Shown: piece by piece, positions 14,465 through 23,941 of the stretch
How positions within the stretch are numbered: the stretch's first letter is position 1
How the letters are laid out: each line of letters begins with the position of its first letter
From: a virus
Taxonomy: Duplodnaviria > Caudoviricetes
Virus record (IMG/VR): IMGVR_UViG_3300022179_000741
Span: 1-24,678 of that record
DNA length: 24,678 bases
Direction: 5' to 3' (one strand)
Notes under the pieces: generated by a model
The model's input: the letters and a program-made list of their open reading frames with translations, nothing else
The model's database searches: none
Told to the model about the DNA's origin: nothing
Position numbers and translations under genes: made by a program

Positions 14465-17443
14465 TCACTGCTTGTACGAACCGCGTAGTTGTTTTCTCTC
14501 TTGCTCGATCTCAAGGCGCTCTTGAATGGCGGCACCGTAATCACTGTTGAGCAGCAAGGTTTTCCTTGCCGCCTCCATAAATTTGTTGTCAATCATCTTG
14601 ATGGTTTCTTGCTGATAATATTTATCAAGCATCAAAAAATCGGGTTGTTTTGCTTGGTGTACCAGCGCTTCTTGGACATTCATGCCGCCGATTTGAATGT
14701 CTTGCGCATAGATCCGCAGCAGTTCGTTGTATTCCTTTGTGTCAAGTTTTACGGTGGCACCGACACCCTGATTATTCGTCTGGCTGATTGCCCTTGCCGG
14801 CATGGCCAGCGGCATTCCAAGCGAGATCAACATGCGGTCGACTTCCTGCATCTTTGACTCAGACGTGCGGATACCAGTAAAGCCCAGCCAAGGCCGAGCC
14901 GGGTCGAGCTCTGGCTCAACCTCTGCCCAACGATTCAACCGGTCTGGCAGATCACCAGACAGCCCAGGCGTGCGCGAGCGCCAGCGCAGATAACCCTCGT
15001 ACCAACCCTTAACGCCGGTCGGCATGTCCGGTGGCGCAGTAATATCCTTTTTGCTGCCGTCAATGTATCGCTCAATGCCAGCCTGGAATGAGCTCCATGC
15101 ACCTATTGGCGAGCCGCCAATAACATAGCCAGACACGTTTCCAGCAATCTGATTGATCACGTCCTTCATTGATTGCTTGGGATTTGGGATGCTGTTCCCA
15201 AGTGTGCCAACCATGCCGCCCAGCGTCTGCATAAACGGCGACTGTCCGATGTATTGGTACAGGCCAAACAGACCGCCGAGACCGATTTGGGCAATCATGT
15301 CTTGGTCGTCTTCATACCGCGCATATTCAACGAAGTCGGCAGACATGGCGAACGGCGCAGCAATCGGATCAAACCCACGCATACTGATATACAGCTTGCC
15401 ATTCTTACCAACTGATGGATCCATGTTTGGAATATTCTCAAGATATTCCTTAAACTCGTCATCCCATTCACCAGCATTCAACACGAACGAATAAGGCCGC
15501 CAGCCATCGCGTAGATAAACTTTGCGCAACTCTGAATTACCAGGGCCGCCACCAGTGATTCGACCGTCAACAGCCAGCGAGGTCATCGCAATCATCGCGG
15601 TGCTGCCAAGGCCAAACTTAGCAAGCGCCAGATCACGTTGCGCACCACCAGCCTTTATGTCCTTCCACCATTGCTGCGACAACGGAGCAAACCAACTGTG
15701 CTGCAAACCCTCAGAAATCAACCAGGTCGGCGTGCGTACAAATGGCATCGTGGTCTTAGTCAGCACGTTGACGTTTGAGACCTCTTGCACCTTGGCGGCA
15801 AACCCGTCGAGCTCCCGCGTGTACGTCAGCATCTTGGCAAAGTCTTCTGCCGCTGCGTCCATAAAATCTGGTGGGTTGTTCATGCTGTCGATAATGCGTT
15901 GACTGGCCATACTGCTCGCAGTAGCCTCATCAACACCATCTGTCAGCAGCTGGTTTTCATAGCGAACCCCATCACGATAGGCCTGCGCATTGACCTCAAA
16001 TTTGTAGGCAAGCGCCTTGAATGCCTCGTCCTGGGATTGAATGACTCGACCAGGCACCGCCACAAACTTTGACCACAGGGTTAAGCCAGCTGCTGTCTTG
16101 CCCTCAAACCCGTATTCGGCAGCATCCAGACCAGCTGCGCCGCCGCGAGTTTCTAGCTTGGTGGCAGCCGCAGCGCCAATCCGATCATCCAGCGTCTTGC
16201 CTGTCTTGAGCGCTTCCCATCCCAAACGCATCGCGTCTTTGCTGCTCTGAACGTAGCCAGCAAACCCAGCAAATGCCTCACCCATGAACACGCGATCAGG
16301 GTTAGCGCCAGGCAACAGTTGCCGCGCTCCACCAATTGCTCCAGCTGTGAAGCGGGTAAAAGGCTGCAACAGCGCAAATGAGCTGTTGCTAATGAAGTTG
16401 ACAGTTGGCGTCGCAGTCCAAGAAAGCAGCCCGTTAACCCAAGTGGACAACCACAAATCTTTGACAAATCCAACCTTGGACAGCTTGTCGATCAGCTTTG
16501 CCTTTGCCGAGTTATCGACTAGGGACGCGATGCCTTCGGCTGCCTGCCGGATGTTTTCATCAATGTTTGGATCATCAAGCAAAGTCCTGATTGATTTCAT
16601 GTCCATAGCCGAAATGCTTGTCCGGCTTTGGTTCAATACGGCAAGCGCCTGCGCTGGCGCAACCTGAATATCCTTGGCTGCCTGGCCAACATGGACGGTC
16701 ACCGCCCACTGCTCTAGAAACTTGCGCTGCAGCTCCTTGTCGCCCGGGGTCTTTAGCAGTGCCTCAGTAACCGTGTTGAGCTCCCTAACGTGCAAAGGAA
16801 AGGCAAGCGAAGCGCGGCGCACTTCAAAGGGCAGGTCGCCGTAGCGGTCTGCAATAGCGCGAATCTGAGCTGTGTATTCCGGCCCCATGCCTTCACGCGC
16901 AACCCGCTCTTCAATTTCAGCAAAAGTAATGCGTTGGTAATCAATGCCAGCGTTCTTCAATACCGCTTCGGTGTATTGAGCAACGCTTTGCTCGTCGTAC
17001 AAATCAAGGTTGAATGGCTGCTCCGGCGGCTTGCCGGCACCTTTTGCTGTCGCCGCATCTGCCTGCAATGTCTGCGGGGAGGGTGGCTCAACCGCAGCCT
17101 TCGGCATCTTGACAGCAGGCTTTGGCGCGGCTGCTTTAGGGGCGGCTGGGTTTGCCGCAGCAGGAGCAGGTGCCGGGGCGGCTGCTTCGGCGGCTGCAGC
17201 TGGAGGCGGCGACTCTGGTGCAGCCTTCATGGCGTCCAGCATGTCCAGCTGTTTCTTGCCGCGTACCGCCTTGCCGCCTTTTAGGACTTCTTTTAGAGCA
17301 GATCCGACCCCGGCAACCTGGACAGATTCAAACTCATCGACCGGCTCAACCAATGTCGATGGCGCTTCTTGCGGCGTCTTGTCTAGCGGAAGCGAACTAT
17401 CGACCAGCTGATCTAGGCGCTTGTTTAGGGGATCGATGGCCAT
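14465..17443 (-). CDS. large internal virion (ejection) protein
   Basis: 992 aa, helical, immediately upstream of the tail fibre as in podovirus gene order; Pro/Ala-rich N-terminus. Confidence 0.75.
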   Translation of the reverse strand: MAIDPLNKRLDQLVDSSLPLDKTPQEAPSTLVEPVDEFESVQVAGVGSALKEVLKGGKAVRGKKQLDMLDAMKAAPESPPPAAAAEAAAPAPAPAAANPAAPKAAAPKPAVKMPKAAVEPPSPQTLQADAATAKGAGKPPEQPFNLDLYDEQSVAQYTEAVLKNAGIDYQRITFAEIEERVAREGMGPEYTAQIRAIADRYGDLPFEVRRASLAFPLHVRELNTVTEALLKTPGDKELQRKFLEQWAVTVHVGQAAKDIQVAPAQALAVLNQSRTSISAMDMKSIRTLLDDPNIDENIRQAAEGIASLVDNSAKAKLIDKLSKVGFVKDLWLSTWVNGLLSWTATPTVNFISNSSFALLQPFTRFTAGAIGGARQLLPGANPDRVFMGEAFAGFAGYVQSSKDAMRLGWEALKTGKTLDDRIGAAAATKLETRGGAAGLDAAEYGFEGKTAAGLTLWSKFVAVPGRVIQSQDEAFKALAYKFEVNAQAYRDGVRYENQLLTDGVDEATASSMASQRIIDSMNNPPDFMDAAAEDFAKMLTYTRELDGFAAKVQEVSNVNVLTKTTMPFVRTPTWLISEGLQHSWFAPLSQQWWKDIKAGGAQRDLALAKFGLGSTAMIAMTSLAVDGRITGGGPGNSELRKVYLRDGWRPYSFVLNAGEWDDEFKEYLENIPNMDPSVGKNGKLYISMRGFDPIAAPFAMSADFVEYARYEDDQDMIAQIGLGGLFGLYQYIGQSPFMQTLGGMVGTLGNSIPNPKQSMKDVINQIAGNVSGYVIGGSPIGAWSSFQAGIERYIDGSKKDITAPPDMPTGVKGWYEGYLRWRSRTPGLSGDLPDRLNRWAEVEPELDPARPWLGFTGIRTSESKMQEVDRMLISLGMPLAMPARAISQTNNQGVGATVKLDTKEYNELLRIYAQDIQIGGMNVQEALVHQAKQPDFLMLDKYYQQETIKMIDNKFMEAARKTLLLNSDYGAAIQERLEIEQERKQLRGSYKQ

Positions 17444-17697
17444 TACGTCTGTTCCTTGTTCTGTTCAATCGGCACCTGTTCCGGCGTAGCAGTCGGCACT
17501 TGGGCTGTCGCGGTCTGGGTAGCAGCCGGCTGCGGAGCTTGGTGCAGATCCGCAAAATTGAATGGCTTCAAGTTCTGCAGCGCTGCCTGGTCAAGCTCAA
17601 AGGAATCAGGAATGTCCTCCGGCTCCCGGTCGAACAGCGACTGATTTGGGAACTGCTGCAGGAAATCTTCTTCGTTTAGCGTGACTTCTTTTTTCAT
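17443..17697 (-). CDS. small acidic protein, coupled to the upstream GP88-like gene
   Basis: GGAG RBS; ATGA overlap upstream and TAATG overlap downstream; Asp/Glu-rich with a Q/T/A/P tail. Confidence 0.75.
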   Translation of the reverse strand: MKKEVTLNEEDFLQQFPNQSLFDREPEDIPDSFELDQAALQNLKPFNFADLHQAPQPAATQTATAQVPTATPEQVPIEQNKEQT

Positions 17698-19514
17698 TTG
17701 GGCTCTCCAAGCGGCTGATAGTCATTCGTCAACGTGATCTGACCTGTGCCTTGCTTGGCAATCGTAACATCCCTGTTGCCGTAAACCGGCTTCCCGCTCT
17801 CATCCCTGACCTGCTTGCCCTTAACCTTTTGGATCTGCGGGTCGAAGTGGACAAAGAATCCGTTGGAGTCTTTTGCTGCACTAACTTCTTTGCGCGTATT
17901 CGCCTTGTTGCGTAGACCAACGATGACGCCATCAGCACCAGGCGGCTGGATGTCGAGCGGCCTGAAGTCATAGGTGTCGCCATCGATGACCTTGTAGATT
18001 TTGCCGGTCTCTTCATCGATCACACGCTCTGGCAGGATTGACTTGTGGCTAAACGCCATTGCGACATTAGACCCAGAATCCAAGCGGCGGCGCATCTGCT
18101 TCCAGTTCTGGTTCGGGTTGTTGATCGATTCTTTCAGGCCGTTGTACCCAGCAGGCTGCGACACACCCGTCGAAGAGTAGGTGTAGTGATGGTTCGGTGC
18201 GATCGGATTCGTGTTGTTCTTGGTGTAGTCGTAGAACGTCACATCTGGATTGCCCTTGATGATCTTCTCGTATACACGCGGGTTGACGTCAGACAGCACG
18301 TTTAAGCGAATCGCAAGGTGGTTGCCGTTCTGTGCTGCCTTGATCTTCAACGCGGTAATTTCGTCGTTGAGCTTGATCGCAAAGTTTTCAGGGTCGCGCA
18401 TGAATGCCTGCGTCAGCTCAAAGCTGCGCATACGCGGGCCTTTGAGTGCATTCAGATCAGCGCCACCACCCATGAAGAAGTAGCCACCAGAAGTCTTGCC
18501 CAGGCAGTCACCAGCGCAAGATGCTGAGTTCGGGCAGGTTGTGAACTTGCCCTCTTTGAATGCTGGCGAAAGTGCCAGACCAGCGCTCTCGACGTTGCGG
18601 CCATCCGGCAGCGTGATCGGCTCGCCGCCTTCCACACCTTTCTCAGTCTTGAGCAGCTTGCCGTTGGTTGTCAGCAGCGGCTTAGTCTTGCCTGCTGAGT
18701 TGGTGCCAAGCCACTTGGCCAGTACCTGGTTGGCCTGCTTGGTTCGCTCAATGCGTGCCGGCTGGTCGAGCGTAGTGAAGTTGGCGATCGCATTGTCGAA
18801 GCCACCGGACAATGTGTTGATGCTCGGCTGTACCTTGATCGGCTCGTTGAAGACCTTGATGTCCGGCGCTGCTTTCATCAAGCCGCCGGTCTTGGCCATA
18901 TAATCCTCGGCCATCTTGCCGGCAACTGGTGCGAGCTCAGTGCCGAGAGCTTTTGCGCCCTTGAGGCCAGCTTTGGCTACGTCAACATAGCCACCAGGCG
19001 CAGCAACTTCCCCAATCGATTCGTATGGATTTTGTCCGCCGGCAACGGTGCCGACGTTTTCATCCAGCCACTTCCTAATCTCTTCGGTCTTTGGCAGGAT
19101 GGTCTGCTCTTCCATGCCACGCAGGAAAGCATCCAGCACACTCTCGCCGGCACCGCGTCTGAAGATCTCTTTCACACCATAGGCCAGCGACTCGATGTCA
19201 CCAGGCAGGCCGACAAAGCCTTGTGTCATGCCTTTGACCGTCGCAGCGCCCATGTCGAGCATTGCCCCTAGAGGCTTTTCAAGACCACCGGCAGCCTCCG
19301 ACTGCGCCTTGGTAACGCCACCGCGGCCAAAGCGTGGCTCCGGTACTCCAGCTGGGCCGCCAGCACCTGTCGGCGCTTCAGGCTCACCAGTAACCACAAC
19401 CTCCGGCAGGCGACCAGTATCAGCAGCAGCCAGCTGCATACCGTCAATAGACTCTGCGGGATACTTTGCCGCCAGCAGGTCGTTTATGTATTCCTGTTCA
19501 ATCAATGAACGCAT
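17694..19514 (-). CDS. putative internal virion protein with C-terminal GP88-like (radical-SAM-like) domain
   Basis: N-terminal ~220 aa are Gly/Ala-rich and amphipathic; C-terminal motifs CPNSASCAGDCLG, IRLNVLSD, FYDYTK, NVAMAF, VIDGDTYDFRPLD, IVGLRNK. Confidence 0.75.
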   Translation of the reverse strand: MRSLIEQEYINDLLAAKYPAESIDGMQLAAADTGRLPEVVVTGEPEAPTGAGGPAGVPEPRFGRGGVTKAQSEAAGGLEKPLGAMLDMGAATVKGMTQGFVGLPGDIESLAYGVKEIFRRGAGESVLDAFLRGMEEQTILPKTEEIRKWLDENVGTVAGGQNPYESIGEVAAPGGYVDVAKAGLKGAKALGTELAPVAGKMAEDYMAKTGGLMKAAPDIKVFNEPIKVQPSINTLSGGFDNAIANFTTLDQPARIERTKQANQVLAKWLGTNSAGKTKPLLTTNGKLLKTEKGVEGGEPITLPDGRNVESAGLALSPAFKEGKFTTCPNSASCAGDCLGKTSGGYFFMGGGADLNALKGPRMRSFELTQAFMRDPENFAIKLNDEITALKIKAAQNGNHLAIRLNVLSDVNPRVYEKIIKGNPDVTFYDYTKNNTNPIAPNHHYTYSSTGVSQPAGYNGLKESINNPNQNWKQMRRRLDSGSNVAMAFSHKSILPERVIDEETGKIYKVIDGDTYDFRPLDIQPPGADGVIVGLRNKANTRKEVSAAKDSNGFFVHFDPQIQKVKGKQVRDESGKPVYGNRDVTIAKQGTGQITLTNDYQPLGEPK

Positions 19515-19515
19515 G

Positions 19516-21333
19516 TCATTCTTTCAGAATATTGATCAGCTTCTCAATGCGTTTCAGTTCGTCTTTCGTAAACACCACAACCTTTATTGGCAGTATGTCT
19601 TTCTTTCTCTTTGCCTCAAGCGCCATCAAATCTGCCATGCTCGTATTTGCATTGATCGTCACGTTGACGCCAAACTCTTCTTTCGCTTTTGCCGATATTT
19701 TTTCTAGCTTTGCTTGAGCGTCTTTTTTGCGATCAATTGCAACATCATTTTCCCTAAACCCTTTTGTTACTTGGTTGGCTATTCCTTCGTAGTCAACCCC
19801 CGTCCTTTTTTCTGGCGGCAGCGCTCTTTGCTTGTCTTGCTCAATGCGCACAAGATCGTCAAACCGCTGCTTAAGTTTTTCATGCTTAACAAACTCAGAT
19901 GATTTTGGATCGAAAGCACTGGTTAGGTTGTCTGGCACCCCAGAGAATCGACGCAATGTTTGCTCTGCAGCCGCAATCTGCGGCTTTTCAGTTGAGTAAA
20001 TAAATTCTTGCAGCTCGTTTAATTGCGCTGGGTTGATTTGCCCACGATTGAAATAAGGCAGCAATTGCCCAGGGTCTGTAATTCGATTGTTTTTAATTTC
20101 ATCTTTTAAGCGCATTCTTACCAACGGATCGCCTTTATTGTCTTTGTCATCCTTCAAGAATTTGTCGAGCTGATCCATTGTTCCCGCCAAAGGAACCATT
20201 TGAGCCTCAAGCGCACGCCTTTGAGCCGGGCCTGCTCTGTGCCATTCCGCATATAGCTCAACCAACCTTCTGTCTTTTAATTTCTTCTCCTCTTCTTGTT
20301 TTTGCCTTCTGTTGCTTTCAACGTCAACAGACTGCTGAGTAAAAGAATTTAGAATCTTAACAAATGAATCCGGGTCATTTTGTTTGATGTATTGGATGAT
20401 GGGGCTAACTCGTCCAAGATCGCCCGCAATAATCTTGTTTCGAGTCCCCTCATAATCACCCATTAAATTCGGGTCAGAGACAATGTGAACAAGCACAACA
20501 TTTTTTCTGACTTCGCGGAGTTGGGTTTCAAACTTTTCGGAATATTCTTTTTGAAACGCAAGGCCACCATGAGTTAACGCTGTTGAGGCAACAAAATTGC
20601 GAACTACATTTACATAATCTTCAACACTTCTTTGCTGGCCATTTTCATCAACCCAAAAACCTTGTTCTATTTTTGCTTGCAGTAAACGCAATTGCTCGTT
20701 AAAGCCAAGGTCAAATGTTATGAGCCGCTGTTCTTTTTCGCGCTTGAGCTGAACCTCGTATGCTTTGTTTAGGACGGTTGATCCGTGCGTTTTGATGGTT
20801 GCGGCAACCTTGAGCGCTGCGTCTGGATCTGCCTTGGCAACGACCTTTTGAAAACTTCCGGCAAGTGCGGCGATCTTGTTTTCAACATCGCTCGATTGCA
20901 ATTCGTTGTTCTCAACTTGCACCAACATTTTTCCAAGCTCATTGCTGGCGTGAAGAATAAAGTGGCCGGCGAGCTCTTCTGATCTTGCTTTGCGAACGGC
21001 AGCATTAAAAAAGCTAGGGAAGTCTCCTGACACTTTTCCAATGCCGCCGCCCAAACCAACTACAACGCCATCACGCGCCAGTTGTAAATCAATGTCGGTT
21101 ACTGGATTATTTGCAACCCAATCTAACCCTTCTTTTGTACGCAGCTCGGCAGAGTATTTGTTGATGCTCGTGGCCATCCGGTCGAGGATCTGCGCATACA
21201 CGTTGCTGACATTTGCTTCAGCGCGGGCAGCGGTCATGTAGTCGACCTCGGTCGGCACGACCTGCTGCATCGGCACACCGCCGGCACCGCGCAGCTGTAC
21301 TTGTCCTTCTGTCAGTCGCGTCGCCATCGTCAT
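19516..21333 (-). CDS. internal virion (ejection) protein, T7 gp15-position
   Basis: 605 aa helical protein following the gp14-like gene; mostly low GC. Confidence 0.7.
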   Translation of the reverse strand: MTMATRLTEGQVQLRGAGGVPMQQVVPTEVDYMTAARAEANVSNVYAQILDRMATSINKYSAELRTKEGLDWVANNPVTDIDLQLARDGVVVGLGGGIGKVSGDFPSFFNAAVRKARSEELAGHFILHASNELGKMLVQVENNELQSSDVENKIAALAGSFQKVVAKADPDAALKVAATIKTHGSTVLNKAYEVQLKREKEQRLITFDLGFNEQLRLLQAKIEQGFWVDENGQQRSVEDYVNVVRNFVASTALTHGGLAFQKEYSEKFETQLREVRKNVVLVHIVSDPNLMGDYEGTRNKIIAGDLGRVSPIIQYIKQNDPDSFVKILNSFTQQSVDVESNRRQKQEEEKKLKDRRLVELYAEWHRAGPAQRRALEAQMVPLAGTMDQLDKFLKDDKDNKGDPLVRMRLKDEIKNNRITDPGQLLPYFNRGQINPAQLNELQEFIYSTEKPQIAAAEQTLRRFSGVPDNLTSAFDPKSSEFVKHEKLKQRFDDLVRIEQDKQRALPPEKRTGVDYEGIANQVTKGFRENDVAIDRKKDAQAKLEKISAKAKEEFGVNVTINANTSMADLMALEAKRKKDILPIKVVVFTKDELKRIEKLINILKE

Positions 21334-21950
21334 TTACCTTTCTTGCCTGTATCGCCGAAGTACCGCTCGCCAAAATTGACTGCAGCAGTTGCTAGCGTTG
21401 CGTTACTTAGAAGCCCACCTGTCGTGCGAGCTGCACCGCCAGCCTGTTCGTACTGCGCACCCTGGCGCTCTGCGGTGAACAGGTTCAGCATGTTCTGGTA
21501 CTCGGTCGACTGCACCAATGCGGTCGCGTCTTCGTAGCCCATGATGCGAGCCGTCAGTGCATTCAGGTCGGTGATGCCCACGTCAAACATGGTTGCTCTG
21601 ACGTTTTCGTTTTGCACGGCCTGCACACTGCCTTCGCCCAGCACCACACCGTTTGCAGCAGCTCGAGCGCGAATCGCAGCGTTGGTCGCACGCATATTTT
21701 TCAGCAGCGTGTTGCCAGCGATCTGGTAGTTCTGCGACTCCATCTGCGACTTCTTGAGCGTGCGACCTGCCTGGATGGCGGCATACATCTCTGCCATGTC
21801 GGCACGCACCTCGGCCACAGCGAGGTTGTCGCGTGCTTGCAGCAAATAGCCGGTCTGCTGCTGAATGCCAGCAGCGAGCTGCATCTGCGATTGCGCATAG
21901 CTGGTAAGAAACCCAGCGCCTGCGACAAGTTGTCCTGGTGTAATGGCCAT
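21330..21950 (-). CDS. internal virion protein, T7 gp14-like position
   Basis: Ala/Gln-rich, ARAAANGV...GS motif; directly downstream of the nozzle gene. Confidence 0.75.
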   Translation of the reverse strand: MAITPGQLVAGAGFLTSYAQSQMQLAAGIQQQTGYLLQARDNLAVAEVRADMAEMYAAIQAGRTLKKSQMESQNYQIAGNTLLKNMRATNAAIRARAAANGVVLGEGSVQAVQNENVRATMFDVGITDLNALTARIMGYEDATALVQSTEYQNMLNLFTAERQGAQYEQAGGAARTTGGLLSNATLATAAVNFGERYFGDTGKKGK

Positions 21951-21952
21951 CG

Positions 21953-23941
21953 TCAGGTTCCCGAATAAACAGCGACTCGGTAATCAAGGCCGAGCAGATT
22001 CATCTTCAGCGGCAGACTCTGCGTCACTTCGATCGCCTGCTCGCGGCTGTAGCCGAGGATGCCGTTGACGCGCTTGATGCCGGTGAACGTCGGCACCGGG
22101 TCATCCAGCAGCGGGTTGTCCATCAATCTAAAAGCCACTTCCTGCGCGTTGAGCAGGCAGTGCTGCGTGTCGTCCAGCACCGCGCTGATCTCAACGATGC
22201 GCTTCTTGAACGACACACGGCTGCCGGTCTGCAGCTTGATCTCCACCGGCATCGTCTTGGCATAGACCGTAAACGGCAGGCCGACTTCGTAGCTGGTGGT
22301 CGATTCACGATCAAACGTCACCGCGCCACCAGCGCTCACAGTTTCATTACTTTGCGGCACACCATCAGTGATGACGTTCAGCGCTTTGCCGACGTGCGGC
22401 AGACCAGAACCGACACCACCAGCCGAGCCACCAGTAAATGCGCAGTCGGTATACAGATCGTCCTTGAACTGCTCAATAAAGTACCGGGTTGTGCTATTGA
22501 ACACGCGCTTGGTCACGACGTAGATCTGCGTCACGTCGACACCAACATCCATGAAATCACCGTCGGTGATGTACTCGCTTGGTGACGTGATCTGCTGACT
22601 ACGCATGATCGAGAACACCGCCATCGTGCCGTCGCTGGTGTTGGTCATCATCAGCAGGTCGGCTTCCTCGGTGCTGGCAGCACGACGCAAGGCGATGCGC
22701 TGCGGGCCTTTCAACAGATGGCCTGCAAGCAGCGAGATGCGTTGAGTGATATAGGTCAGCTGCGTGTCAGAGAAGACGAACTCATTAAGCGACTTGCCCT
22801 GGCGCTGGATGTAGATCGAGCCAGACTCAACCGACTGCACCCGCGTGCCAGGCTTGATGCCGTTGCGGCTGACGTTCTTAAAGGTAAACGTCAGCGGTGT
22901 CACCGGATCGGTACCTTGCTGCGGAACGACGAACTCACCGCCGGTCGTAAACACTTGGAAGTCACGCGACGAAATGATGTCCGTGATTACGTTCAGGTCA
23001 TTGGTGTCGAGGGTCGCCTCGACTGCGTCATCGTCCAGCGATTCGCTTGGCACGAAATCGAAGAACAGATTGATCTTTGAGCCCCAGATGGTCGACGGGC
23101 GAGACTTGCTGCCGCCAAAGTACAGCCGACCTTCATGGAACGTCACTGACCGCGGCCAGCCCTTGCCAGAGCTCCACACGTCCTCGTAGCCGGTCTCGAG
23201 CTCCCAGCTGCCGTTGGCAACCGCTGCGGTGTTGAAAAACGGGTATTCGGTGATGGCGTCGACCGATGTGGCAGAGTTGAACCGAACGATCTTTGCTCGA
23301 CCCTGTGGGCTGGCATTGATGTACTGGTTGACATGGCCGCTGCTAAACACCGAGGCCGATGCGGTAATCGTGATGTTGCCGGCCACGGCAGACGGCGTGA
23401 TCGTGCCGGACGGGTTGCTTGCCGACAACGTGAAGGCGTACTTCGGGATGCTGTCAAACGTAATCGTGCTGGCCGTCCAGCTGGCATCGTTTGCGCCGCG
23501 CACAATCTTGGTCGGCTGCAGATCTGGGTGAACGACAATCAGGGTGTCAGCAGACTGTGTCCAGCACATGTCATCGACAATGCTGCTGCCGATGCTAGTC
23601 GTCAGATAGTTGTTGCCGCTGCTGTTGATGTTGGCCACCACAGCGCCGTTCTTGATGACATACATGCGGTTGTGCGTGAAGCACAGCATATAAGAGTCAT
23701 CGACCGAGAACTGAAACGGCACCAGGCGCACGCCATTGCCGGCAGACGCGGTGCTACTGTTGGGCAGCTCAAGGATGTGTTTCAAGCCTGGCCGGCGTCG
23801 CAGTCCACCTTGCGGCTGGATCAGCACGTTGGTCGCCTTGGCCAGCGCGTTTGGATAGGACTGCAGGTCAACCCGCGCACGGAGCAGCGGGTCGAGCTCG
23901 CCCGTGCTGAAGTTGGTCGCGAAGTCGACGAAGCGCGGCAT
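21953..23941 (-). CDS. tail tubular protein B / nozzle (T7 gp12/P22 gp10-like)
   Basis: Start MPRFVDFATNFSTGELDP at 23941; QGGLRRRPG, TQSAD and GWPRSVTFHEGRLYFGG motifs. Confidence 0.9.
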   Translation of the reverse strand: MPRFVDFATNFSTGELDPLLRARVDLQSYPNALAKATNVLIQPQGGLRRRPGLKHILELPNSSTASAGNGVRLVPFQFSVDDSYMLCFTHNRMYVIKNGAVVANINSSGNNYLTTSIGSSIVDDMCWTQSADTLIVVHPDLQPTKIVRGANDASWTASTITFDSIPKYAFTLSASNPSGTITPSAVAGNITITASASVFSSGHVNQYINASPQGRAKIVRFNSATSVDAITEYPFFNTAAVANGSWELETGYEDVWSSGKGWPRSVTFHEGRLYFGGSKSRPSTIWGSKINLFFDFVPSESLDDDAVEATLDTNDLNVITDIISSRDFQVFTTGGEFVVPQQGTDPVTPLTFTFKNVSRNGIKPGTRVQSVESGSIYIQRQGKSLNEFVFSDTQLTYITQRISLLAGHLLKGPQRIALRRAASTEEADLLMMTNTSDGTMAVFSIMRSQQITSPSEYITDGDFMDVGVDVTQIYVVTKRVFNSTTRYFIEQFKDDLYTDCAFTGGSAGGVGSGLPHVGKALNVITDGVPQSNETVSAGGAVTFDRESTTSYEVGLPFTVYAKTMPVEIKLQTGSRVSFKKRIVEISAVLDDTQHCLLNAQEVAFRLMDNPLLDDPVPTFTGIKRVNGILGYSREQAIEVTQSLPLKMNLLGLDYRVAVYSGT

